A stretch of 63,555 nt of DNA, the filler included, from Choristocarpus tenellus KU-1152 (lineage: Eukaryota; Protista; Phaeophyceae): the NCBI GenBank assembly GCA_964200185.2. It is 9 parts of 9 records of this genome, joined end to end, with 100 filler letters (N's around TTAATTAATTAA, not from the genome) between each part and the next. Parts side by side here need not be neighbours in the genome. Positions count along the whole stretch, not along the records: positions 1 to 13,523 come from CAXNAD020001461.1; positions 13,624 to 26,985 come from CAXNAD020001511.1; 7 more parts are not named here. The stretch is one strand, 5' to 3'. Below are positions 11,201-22,800 of the stretch, piece by piece. The position numbers and the translations under genes were made by a program. The notes beneath the pieces were generated by a model. The model saw only the letters and a program-made list of their open reading frames with translations, was not told the DNA's origin and made no database searches. Every line of letters begins with the position of its first letter. Position 1 is the stretch's first letter.

Positions 11201-13523
11201 GTTACAACATCATACCACACACCCACTAGAGTGAAAGTATCTTAGAGGGTATGAGTTTTGCCCTGTTTGTCCATTTGGGGCTTGGCTTCCCATGGGTTCT
11301 TTTATGACATTTTCCTACTCCAAAACGGTTTTGGAGTAGGAAAATGTATACGTTATGAAAAGGTGTATCCGGAACAAGGTTATTGACATTTACTAACTAA
11401 CATGATAGCCAATATTACATCACAATCACAGCATTGGATTTTGACCCCCAAATGGACGTGGCCCTACCCTCTACGATACTTTTGCTCACTAACGATTTTT
11501 TAGTCCATGGGAATTGGGAACTTTCTGGATGAGAGAACAACCTGTGCCAGAAATATTCCCTATCTTGAATTCTGCTCCCCTGACCCTGCAATTCTCATGA
11601 CAGCACTACTACTACCATACTGTATGTTTATGCCATCCTAACCCTACTCCAACGTCCAGCACAAAAAACACACATCCTCTAGCCTCAGTCTCTACACGGC
11701 ACTGAAGGGGAAGTCAGCTTCTTCTTTTATTTGCTCACCTGCTCCTGTAGGTGCTGTTCCGATCCCTGAACAAACTTGCTGATCCCGAAATCTGCAATCT
11801 TGGCCACATTATCAGCACCCACCTTGGAAACACCCATGCACGATCTTGTGTGTATTTATGTATTTATGTGTGCATGTATGTATGTATGTATGTATGTATG
11901 TATGTATGTATGTATGTATGTAGGTATGTGTGTCTAACTGCCTAGACTTTTTGTGTGATTTGAGCAGGGGCAGAGGTAATTTTGAAGTGTTGTTCATTTT
12001 CAGCACGGTGACCCTTAAAAAGTGGTCAGAAAGATTTTTGATAGCAAACAATGCTTCAGGGCTACATGTAGGTTTGAGAGTACAAGAAACTATTCCTCTG
12101 TTTTTGCAGGCACTACAGTATTAGTGTTAGTGTTAGTGTTTGTGTTAGGGCTAGGGTTAGGGCTAGGGTTATAAAAAAAACATGATACTACAGCGAGAAA
12201 ACAAGATGTGTCTCTCCAGAAGTATTGAACAAAATCAGATTTAGCAAATCCAATATCAAGGGTATGGAGTAAAAAAGTGAAGGAAAATGTGAAGCTGGGG
12301 ATATATTTGGTCTAGAGGGGAAAGGGATATATCACAGGTATGTGTCATGGTTCAAGCTAAGCACACATTAATCTTTAGATATCCCCACTCCATAGCAAGT
12401 ATTGAAGCCCTTCAAAAAGGGGTATGGTATAGAGAAACGAGGTTCAAGTGGAGTGCAGAGAAAAAAGGGCTGACTAGTTTGAGATTGAATGGCTTGCCCT
12501 GCCACAACGCAATTCCACGATATTTTGCCCTTCTCACCAGTAGGTTTTGTGGCTTGATGTCCCCGTGGACAATGTTCTGCAGGTGTAGGTAACTCAGGCC
12601 CTGCACGATCTGAGCATGCACTCAACCCCACCCCGCCACATATGGCAACAAAAACATGCCCAGTAGTTCGTAGAAGGTAATCCAAACCACAGGTGTCAAA
12701 CAGAACAATCCAAGTATGTGGTATATATTGTTCTGGGTGGTAGGTGTCAAAGGTGTGCTTGTAAACGGGGATAAAAAACAGGCTTCAATTCATCTGCAAA
12801 GGTGTATTATGATACAATTCATCTCGTCTTTGCCTCTCTCTGATATAAGAAAAAAATGTGCAAGCAGTAAAAATAGTCGTTTTTATTACAATTTTCATGC
12901 ACAGGTCACATGGTTGAAGTCAGTACCCTGCATCCACTGTCTGGTACGTTAAGGCTTGTTGGGGAGCAAAATCAAGGACGCACATACAGTGGAGTATTGA
13001 ATTAACTCACCAGCACTATTTCAACACTCAAGACATCTCAACATCATTCGTTTCACTTTATATGCCCCAGTGAGCAAGGTAGCTGCTCATTAAAGTACAT
13101 CTACCCACCTGCTGCATGATGTATAGCACATCAGAGTCATTCATTGACTCGCAGGTTACGGTCCTGGTATCCCCCTTGAGAATATTCATCAAGTCGCCCT
13201 TCCTACAGTATTCCAAGACAAGGTAAAGCTTGTTGACCTGAGGAAGGAGGCAAGGGATGAATAACAAAGGATGAGTAGGCATTATAGGCATTATTACCAT
13301 TCAGTTTTATTCTTAATCTTAAATTCCATCCTTAATCTTGCAACTGTCGCTCAAAAAGACACAGAAGAGTTGCAACGCAGTTTGTGGATTTTTTTTTAGG
13401 ACAAAGAATAAAGAGGGGATACACACAGGCACACAGATGATGTATACCATGCACACGCGTTGAAGGTATTGTTCTAGACCAACCTTAGGGTCATCCATGA
13501 CCTCATACAAGCGGAGGACGTTG
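1086..13523 (-). CDS. Multi-exon gene, partial at both ends: CaMKK-like Ser/Thr kinase fused via a linker to a PP2C (PPM) phosphatase domain
   Basis: Exons in transcription order: 13484-13523 [13 protein letters not shown]; 13109-13237 [17 protein letters not shown]..; 12538-12609 [24 protein letters not shown]; 11739-11822 ..[10 protein letters not shown]..; 10671-10805 [32 protein letters not shown]..; 8942-9076 ..[11 protein letters not shown]; 7727-7901 and 5968-6245 linker; 5056-5283 ..[13 protein letters not shown]..; 3063-3206 ..[10 protein letters not shown]..; 1881-1937 [19 protein letters not shown]; 1086-1259 [39 protein letters not shown]. Junction phases are compatible, with GT-AG introns and one GC-AG. 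Extra linker exons are possible. Confidence 0.8.
3981..4238 (+). mobile_element. MITE family A (Sola-like), full length, TSD TCAT
   Basis: TIRs GAGTGAAAGTATCTTAGAGGGTA / TACCCTCTAAGGTACTTTGGCTC; TCAT on both flanks. Confidence 0.92.
4503..4786 (+). mobile_element. MITE family A copy with (TAACCC)n inserted in the right TIR
   Basis: Family A body; telomere-type repeat at about 4752-4774; no matching TSD. Confidence 0.88.
8351..8534. mobile_element. MITE family B (~184 bp, G/C-tract TIRs), flanked by TCA/TCA
   Basis: GACTCAAAGTATCTGGGG ... CCCCAGATACTTTGAGCC. Confidence 0.88.
8942..13523 (-). CDS. Kinase-domain exons (CaMKK/GRIK-like); N-lobe cut by contig end
   Basis: [44 protein letters not shown] and DKRLTL motifs in six phase-0 exons. 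Confidence 0.93.
9258..9326. repeat. 27-bp tandem repeat, about 2.5 copies
   Basis: GAAAATCAATTGGGYCCATGAAGTATG repeated. Confidence 0.9.
11229..11487 (+). mobile_element. MITE family A, TSD ACTA
   Basis: Full TIRs; ACTA on both sides; intronic in the kinase gene. Confidence 0.92.
11874..11928. repeat. (TATG)n microsatellite
   Basis: Direct reading; lies just upstream of a kinase exon acceptor. Confidence 0.95.
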
Positions 13524-13623
13524 NNNNNNNNNNNNNNNNNNNNNNNNNNNNNNNNNNNNNNNNNNNNTTAATTAATTAANNNNNNNNNNNNNNNNNNNNN
13601 NNNNNNNNNNNNNNNNNNNNNNN
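13524..13623. other. Artificial contig linker N44-TTAATTAATTAA-N44
   Basis: Identical 100-nt spacer with stops in all six frames. Also at 26986-27085, 29593-29692, 32430-32529, 38455-38554, 49419-49518, 54933-55032 and 60515-60614. Confidence 0.98.
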
Positions 13624-16275
13624 CAGCTGGTGCTGCGAGGTCTGTTGCTGTTGTGGTGCCCGCTCTGGAGCTAAGTGAGGACAGCAAGGAACTACCGCTG
13701 AAAGAATCACAGGTGGTCGGTGTGAAAATATTTATCCGGTCCCTTGCTTCAATTATTAACAGTGGATCCTTCTTAGCCCTAACATGCATTCGCACTCATG
13801 CACCCGGATCACACACTTTTTTCGTAGTTTGTGCTGAGGAGAGGGTTAGGGATGGTGTTAAGATTTGCTTTGTACTTCCTTGAAGTAGCTAATAGTATAT
13901 TAGTGCGTAATTTTCCCCTGCAATTTGCTTTGCTCCCAGACCCAAATCAACATGCACACCACTCACACCCGATAACCATCAAAGTCCTCACTCAGGTGCG
14001 TGTGGCTAAAATGCTGAAGGGCGTGACAGTTCTTTCTTGAAACTTCTTCTCCTTTGTTCAGATTGCCAGATGGTTCATGTAGCCCCAAATCTTTGTGATA
14101 AGATATATAGCCTTGTATAGCTAGGGGTCCTTAGATTTGCACCACATCACTACCACCTGTCCACCTTAGTTTTGAACTTCGTGTTGGTGGCAACTTGTGT
14201 ACCCTGACCTCACATATATCTCATGCCTCATATACGTTACAAACTGGGTGGTAGGTAATGGCTACTACCCCTTCGACTCAAAGAGAGGTTGTTGGCATGT
14301 GGTATCAGGGTGGAGTGCAAGGCTTTCACACCGACTACTTCCCTATGGGTCATGGACCCACAGACTTTGATCGCTGGATGATGACAGAGGAGGATGATCA
14401 TGATAGAGGTATGTTATTATGGCAATGATGCAGTGCTTGGATCTGCGCACCTCTGGATAGCATGGAATGAGGGATGCGTGTGTGTGTGTGTGTCTAGATT
14501 GGAGTGCCCATGTGTAAGAAATGAAGTTAGTTAAGTCTTGGTACAGTGTAGCTGGAAATACTGGGTACATAATGAACTTGTGTGAAGTTCCTGCAACGTA
14601 TAGTGCACTCAACTATGTTCTTCAAGTATCCTGGAAACGAGTATGGCATTTACCATACTGGGTTTGTCATTGAAATAATCAAATGTGGTCGTTGTGTTCT
14701 CGTTGAGGTTTGCAACAAGCGTTTATTGGCAGGCAGGGATTCTTTCCAAGCCGCACGACTCTATGCTACCGTCTCTACGGCCCTCAATATGAAGTAGAAC
14801 CGTTTCACAAGGAGCTTAGTGTGATATGTTGATACAAGATTGGTCTGATTGTGTACGATGTTAGCACTGACAGTCACAAATATCTAGCCAAGGCATCCTG
14901 TATGAGACAACCTTCTGATAGTTAGACGATGATGTTAGGGGTATCATAGTAATAGTACATATAAGGGTATATTGGTTATATGTTCTCTGTGTGATGTGCT
15001 ATATCCCCGTACATATTTTCATTCAGATTAGGGGGCAGAGGTGCCTGTCACGTGGTTCAGATTAGAAAATGTATAGAACACAGTAAATATATTTGCATCA
15101 ATTGTAGAAGGATAGAGTTGAGGGGGTGAAGGCTTATAAAGGCATGTTTCAGCACATAGCTCACCAGTGTAGTCACAACATAATTTGCAAGAAGAGTTAG
15201 GGTAATATCGACCCTCGTCTGATAGATTCTTGTTTTACCTATCGTCGCCTCCATTGTGGAACTGGAGGTTACAACATATAACAAGGTTTAACTCTAATCA
15301 TCACCTCAAACCCTTGCATGCCTCTCTGGCCGCCATGGCCCCACTGCCCTTGCCAGCTCTGGCTTACTCTGTGCCGTACAAATCTTGCTTTGAACCCTAC
15401 GTGGTCATGTCCAAATCAAGTGTTCCATTCTATGATGAGAGGTTCCGTGGATATGGAATGAACAAGGCAAGTCTCGTTTCTCTTGTTTGTTTCCTTTGCG
15501 TACAAAGTGAAGGGGTGGTGTTTTTCATGCAATTGAGGGCTGGAGAAGTAAATGGTGAGGATCTCATTTGGTGCCTTTGCAGCATAAGGTTCAATCACGT
15601 GGCTTTTGGTAGCACAGAGCTGTGACTGCTGCCAAGGTAGTTATGAGAAGATGCCGTGGTGGTGGGTACAAGCACTATGGTGCTAGCATGTCATGATCAT
15701 TGTCAAAATGGTTCCTAACAAATTGCGCAGATTTCAATACATTTGTGCTTGGCCCAATTGAACTGAGTGTGATATATTCTGGTGGTGGTTGAGAATTGAT
15801 GTGTGACTTGATCGAAATGAGTTGGGCATATTTGTTCACAGTATAGTAGTGATGTCCAAGGGGAGGGGTGTGTGATAGGAGAAGTAGGAAGACATTCTTG
15901 AGAACCTGATGAGATTAGCCTACTTTTGTGGACATTGATAAACATCCCTGTGAAGTACCACCTAATAAAAGGAAATGTTTTAGTGCTCTGCACGATATCA
16001 ATCTACAGACTACATTCAACCAACACTATGGCCATCCTTCTTTGGTGTCTGTGCTTCCCTACTCCCATGTTGCTTGAATAAAGATTGCACACCTGCTGAC
16101 TGTTTCTAGGGGGTTGTCTTCCACTGAAATGCACAGTGAGGGTGGACGACCTCGAACACAGCCTGCAGATTTTGTAGTACTTAGAAGGGGATTTGTTTTT
16201 GCTCGCCCACATCCGAAGTCAGAAGGCTGGGAGGTGACCTACGGTAGAAAGAGGGACCCTCTACGTCGGTACCAG
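13624..16275 (+). CDS. GT49 (LARGE/B4GAT1-like) glycosyltransferase, partial multi-exon
   Basis: Exons: 13624-13712 ..AVVVPALEL..; 14288-14408 VVGMWYQGGVQGFHTDYFPMGHGPTDFDRW..; 15357-15466 LAYSVPYKSCFEPYVVMSKSSVPFYDERFRGYGMNK; about 16110-16275 ..FVVLRRGFVFARPHPKS... Motifs VVPA.E, GH.PT...RW, FEPYVV and YDERFxGYGxNK are typical of GT49. The last junction phase is unresolved. Confidence 0.8.
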
Positions 16276-19200
16276 GTGAGATTCGTGATCTTCATGCACA
16301 CCCCTGATCCATCTCGATTCCCACAAACGAGAGTAGAGAGGTGAAAGCCATCCCTTTGATAAATATTTATATTTTTGTAGATCCTTGCTGTGGTTCTGCC
16401 CCGTTTTGAGTAGGATACCAGCCTCTTATTAATACCCCCCATCCCCGTCCCTCAATGACACCATGCAGAGATCACGAGAAAATGATGTTTGTAGGGTGAT
16501 CAATGGTTGATGCATATTTTTGTTGTCTAAAACTGGAACCTAAAGCCATGAATTGGAACACAAATTTAACCACTCAATACACTAGATAATCAAACCGTCT
16601 TGGTTATCCGAAGGCCTTATTTTTGAACAAATTATGATACTACTTTGTCACTTGTTCACATCCTTGTTCTACCTATACCTCACCCTGGCCCTTTTTGTTA
16701 CTGAAGATTTGTTTGAAAATAAGGCAATTGTTTTATGTAAGATGTGTTTGCTACCTTATGCACTACGCTGCACCAAACACAATCATTGACCCCGGCATGC
16801 AAGCTGAATTTGCTCAAATGGTTAACTATTCCATTGTCAAGAAGTCTCAAATAAACACTATTTCAATAGTAGGCTCTGCCCTTAATGGAAAATTGCTGTA
16901 TGCCTCGCCCAACCCCACTCCACTCAGCCGGTCCATTCCTCTGACCCAACACACGTTGCGTGAATTGCCCCTCCAAATGCCAACTCAATTGTGTTTGAGT
17001 CTTGCTGGAAACAGCTTAAATCACTGTGGTCAAAGTTTCAGAGTGAGGTCAGTCGAGGCCTGCCTGCTGTGGTCTCAATCAGCACCGAGTCGCTCATCAA
17101 GAAAACAGTGGCAGTGGCCCTGCCCATGAGGACACAAGTTGGAACCAAAGCTCAAAAGGAGCAGCAGATTGCCGCGTTACCTTGCCCCCCTGCATCCACA
17201 GTATCAGCTGCAATGTTGCATGCTTTGGTATCTTGTCATTCTGCAGGTGGCTTGTTCAGAGGACCTTTGGTCATAATGTGTAAGGAGAGTCATAATACCA
17301 AAGCAAGCTGTGTTGCTGTGGGAGGAGAAACAACAAATGTTAGGTACCTCTGTGATGCTTCTGAGAGCAAGAGCAACCATGATGGGAAAGGGCTGGAGGA
17401 AGAGAGTAAATTTAGAGGGCGACAGGGTGCAAACCTGAGCGGGATGGTTCCAGTTCATAGCACCTAATTCAAGGAATCCTCAGACCTAGAGGTTCACGAT
17501 CTTGCTGATTTAACACAGAGGGTTCCCCCCCTGGAAATTTGAGGGAGGTTACAAGGTAGAATTTACATTGCTTGCAATAAAGGTGTTTAGGTCTGACCTT
17601 CATGAGGAAGGAAAACAAAATATGTCGATTGTTAAAATCAAGTCAAGAGGAAAAAGATGACTGGGTATTGCAAATTGTCCTTTTCTATGCAAAATCTACA
17701 TTTATTGTCAGACTTGATAAGAAAAGGGGGGTTGCTTCAATAAAAACAGGTGTAGACCCTCCCCCAGGTACTTTGGGTCTGAACCAGATGTAGCTTAGTA
17801 TAATCAGTGTCGTCTTACAATTAACTCTACTTGTTTGAAAAGGGCACCGAGCATCAATATTAGTGGAGTGTCGCTGTATCTGGCACTATGGATAGATGGT
17901 GATACTACCACTGTACTTTGTCTGGCAAGGGCTTTAGGCCCAAATTTCGCTACCACGACAACAAATACTGTACATTTGTTGTACTGACTACTCCAGAAGC
18001 ACAAAGCTAAAGAAGGAAGTGCACATACAAAATACGACAAATGAGGCAGGGCAACCCATTGTTAAGAGCAAGGCGAAGAGCAAGGTATGTATGTATTCAT
18101 TCAGTTTTGTTGATCTGATCTTGTGCTGTGAACCTGCACAACACACCATTGGCCTGCATTGTGACACACGTTCAGTTTGGCATGCAACCACTGCTCCGAA
18201 GACCACACCATCTTCAACACCTGGTAACCTTCGATGAACATTAATACTGCATTTTGCTTGAAATAAATTGAAATATCACACTAAAGACATACATTTTTAC
18301 ACTAACATCCTGGGTTCTGACCCTTGAATCATGCACCCGTTGCCCTTACACCAAATCAAACCTGAGTCCCAAAGATGTATTTGAGGTTGTCTGCTGCAAA
18401 GTTCAATTTGCTTATACCTGTTTGAGAAAGAGGCAATGCCTTTCAAGGTTAATGTCTGTGGACGAAGAGAGCATGGTCTACTTTACCTTTGAGGTTACCA
18501 CAGGCACAAAGAACTTTGAAGCAGCTAAAACAATACCATTGCCTAAACTTCACCACACAATGCACCCAATCAACCCTTCTCCGTTTTTCAAGAACTGTGG
18601 CAAATCAAAATCAAACATTTTGCCTCCTACATCCCACCCATCTTTGATTTTCCACCATAGACGCCACACAAATTCGTGATCAACATCCACACAAGAGGCT
18701 AATCATAAGGTCCACCCAAGGACATCTGCAACAACAGTACCAACATACTAGAGGCATCAAATCAGGGAAGTCTATGCTAATGGCTGCCATTACAGCTACG
18801 TGGATTCCAGGCTCGCCTTCATGGCCAGCCCCAATCTAGCATCAAAATCGAGGACCTGTGATAGAACAAATCATGTCGAGGGTATTTGAGGAAGTGCTAT
18901 CAGCGCATTTATTGTCTGGTTTCGGCCACAGGGTCGATGCATGAAGGGTCTGAGCTCAACCATTTGCTCTAGAGCATTTTCTGGACCATTTTGAAATGTT
19001 GCAAATTCAGAAGTTAGATATATAGGAATCGGGTGCTTTCATTGGGCCCAAGAAGAAGATGTTCCGTCATTAAATGCCATGCCAAGCACCATGTTTACTG
19101 TATCTAGCGATCTTTGGTCACCTGTTATCGCGCGCAAGTCTTTGCAACCACTCGAGCTGTCACTGGCATCAGTCATTTCAAGCTCGACCCATTTACTTGT

Positions 19201-19637
19201 ATTTACATGTACACATACCTTGGAGGAAACCCGATTTAGAGCCTGAAGTGTTTTGAGGTGTTGGCAGAGTGACAGTTAGGTCTGTTTTGGAAGGTGCCCT
19301 TAGTCTTTCACTACCTAGATCTAAGGCCCATTAAATTTTCCTCTACAAGTTTCACATGATCTAGCCCCAACCTGCAATGCAGTCCGGGATATTGCAGGTG
19401 GTAGAATGGATGCTACCCAATGGTGCGAGGAGAGTGAAGGCTATCCCAATTGCTAAGTGCATAGACTTTAGCCAAAAGAGCATGCTCCCCCAACCTGTGT
19501 AGTCCCATAGATATACTCTGGAGTGATTCTCATTGATTGTGGGAGGAGAATATTGTTTTGGGAGGCATGATGTCTAAGAGAGGGGTCTATTTTCGGCACT
19601 TCACGGTATTTTGTCTTGATAAGCACTCTGCCTATCA

Positions 19638-19894
19638 GAGTCAAAGTATCTGAGAGGGTAGAGCCGCGTCCATTTGGGGGCCAAAATCCAATGTTGCAAA
19701 GGATGTAATTTTGGCTGTCGTGTTTGTTAGGAGATGTCATTATCCTTGTTCCAGATACACCTTTTCATAACGTACACATTTTACCTACTCCGAAACATTT
19801 TGGAGTAGGAAAATGTCATAATAAAACCCATGGGAAGCCAAGCCCCAAATGGATAAACAGGGAAAAACTCGTACCCTCTAAGATAATTTCACTT
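19638..19894 (-). mobile_element. MITE family A, TSD ATCA/GTCA
   Basis: Full-length reverse copy; 3 of 4 TSD bases match. Confidence 0.9.
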
Positions 19895-22800
19895 GTCACC
19901 CAATTTCCCACGTCTGAAATGCAGGTATCGCCCATTGGGTTACAGAACTTCATCCCCAAAGTGGGACATTGCCCTCCAGTTTGACAGAACCACACATCCC
20001 ACAAGACTACAACAGGAGACCCTGACCCTGAACGAATCCCCCCTTTACAAATTATGATGGTTCTACTGATCATGTGATAGTGCAAATTTGGGGTACCGAA
20101 TCAGGAGGCCCGGGATTCACTGTGCTCATGTTTGGTCCAGATATGGTTGAGATGTGCTTGAAGCATTTGTTCCACTCCACTATTCATATAGAATGCTATG
20201 TAATGTATATGAATATCTCGTCGTGCCCAGTCTAGATTATTGTAGACGGCCTGATTTGTACATAAAATTCGGAGTTATCTTATGATGTAATAGTTTTGAT
20301 GAATATTACTGTCTAAAATTGTTATATTTATTTCCTCCTTCATAAAGTCATCACCGTTTTCACTACTATTTCCGTATATTCTATTTGTCAAATAATTACT
20401 CCTCTGGCAATGTTTTGTCCTTTTCATAAAAACATCTTTGAAATGTGCATACGTAGTTCACTGCTTTTATCTGGAGGAAAGCACTTGTATTATATATACA
20501 CACAATATATATTTCACTGGCCTATTGTCTATCTCTCTCCCAGCAGCCCTTAGCACCGGTCCTCACCTAAAACCAACTTTAAGGAGTAGAAATTGTTCAA
20601 ACATCTACGTAACTGAACATCCATGAAATTAGAAGGGGGTGTTTGTTGATGGGAACACAAGGCATACTGTGCACTCTGGAGTAACGTATGGTGCTGCCCA
20701 TGTTTGATCTTGATCATCAGTATCTACATAATGTGCACCTAGGACTTGAGGAGCAAAGGAAAAAAATGCAAGGACACCTAGAGACAGAATGCCTTCACCC
20801 ATTCATTGTGATCAGGACAGTTTGAGGTCCAGGAGAGTTCCAAATTTTCTCCAACTTTCCACCCGTTGTGGAGTCGACTGGTACTCCAAAATAACCAGGA
20901 ATTGCATTGAACTCGGTAGTAATCTAAATATACATATACTTGGCTTGCACTGAGCAGGTATGCACTGCACAAAGACAAGTACAAAATTTCGAGGACAAAC
21001 CTTCTGGGAGTGCTTCCGTTGTTATGCTGGTACCTTGGAATTGGAAACCCTTGTAGATTTGAGGGTTGCTTGAGGCATTAGCTGGAGGTAGTCTTACTCA
21101 GGGGAAGTAGAGTGCATAGGGTTGAATCTGGCTTACATTGCGAGTTGCATCATGCATGCTGCTCTCGGCAGCGAATGGTACAGGACTTAACATCCAATCC
21201 AGGAACACGAGAAGCTGTCTCAACTCTGATTTCCAGTCTATGAGAACCTCAGAGTGCTCTGACCCAAAATAAAGTTGAAAACCATGAATCGTTATGCTTC
21301 CTTCCCTAGAAGCCCACGCATTGTCGTTTTTACCGAGGGAGTAGACATTTGTATTCAGGTGAGCATGACAGGGGAAATAGAGATGCAATAGTTTTTCTAG
21401 GAGAAGGGTTGTCAATCACAATAGGAGGAGAATCAGGTCGAGGCAATGGAAGATTGGAAGAAGCATCATGGACGCAACTTAAGGATACTTACCTCTGTGC
21501 TTCCATGTTGCCCTCAATAGGCCATGGGAAACACCAAGCCCAGAGCCCATTCCAGCCCTCCGAGTCCACCGCCAAGAGGAGATACGAAAGAACAAACCCT
21601 CTGAGTGTTCAGCACCTCATTGCTAGCATCTTTGTTTTGATCCACAACCTGCAGTTCCAGGTGTCAGACAAGTTACCTTCAAGCCGTCAAGCCTAGTCAA
21701 ATATTGATGGGTCAAAGCATGCACAGGGTCTTATGGGGTGAATGCTGAATGAGGCAAAAATGCTAGTTATTCATGGTGTCAGTGGTGTAAATAGACAAGA
21801 CACTTTGAAAGCTCTCACCGCATCGTGGTCTGCCTGCTTCAATATTTCAAGACCCTCGAGGTGAATCATTCTCCCGAGCAGCACCAAGCCCATATCAATT
21901 GAACCATCAAAATCATCCAATAGCAATCCTATGGTCTGGTGTTGGGTGTCCAACCCACCTTGCCCTTCGGCAAGATTGTAAAGGAAAGAGAGTGCATCCT
22001 CAACACTGACACTGTATTGTACCTTGACAAGTGATGGTGAAGGAGTGGAAAGGGAGGAATGTGACAGGTTGTTGATTCGACTAATTATAATGCCTTTCTG
22101 ATCATAGGTCTGTGGATGCTGCATGTTATATTTTCTCAACGAGAACACCTGCCAAACCTTTTCGGACATACCCTTGGCAAAAGCTAATGATATTTAGGGA
22201 CGTTCAAGTATATTGCCAGTCAAATCAGACGTTGGAATGATACCCGGCAAAGTCCATGAGCCATCACTGCAAGTATCTATCCTGGTTGTACAATGGTATC
22301 CCAGTATTTGATAAAGATCAGGGACCTGGGATTGTAGGTTCTGATCCTGGCTGGACCACCTTTCCAGATTCCCAACAGCAGGGAAATACATGAAGAGGGG
22401 AAACATCAATATTGAGATGGTTGCTCAGGGAGTGTGCTCGGCTGGTGGAGAGATGGCCCACAGATAATTCCAGATATCACCCCGTCCTCTGTTTTTGTCA
22501 AATATGTGTGTGTTGGGATATGCCTTACATGCTCTGTCTCTATGCAAGTGTAAAATCCTACACCAGGACATCTCTGTGGCACCGAGTTGATGAAACACAC
22601 AGTTCAAGTAACCTTTGTGGTTTTGCTTGAACAGGAAAAAAAGAATTGCTGACATTCAAGAGCTCCTGCAAAGTGTTTGTGGGTATCACAATTTAGAAGA
22701 ATCTATGTGGGCTTTGACAAATATAAATGACCTGTCCAACCGGTGTAAGTGTTTGATTATATCGGATTCTTGTCAATGAAATTTCGTTCAAGCGTTCTTT

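Noticed and set aside
13524-13623. Regularly recurring TTAATTAATTAA palindrome
   Set aside because: Always centred in exactly 44+44 Ns: an artificial six-frame-stop linker, not biology. Cross-linker gene neighbourhoods were therefore not interpreted.
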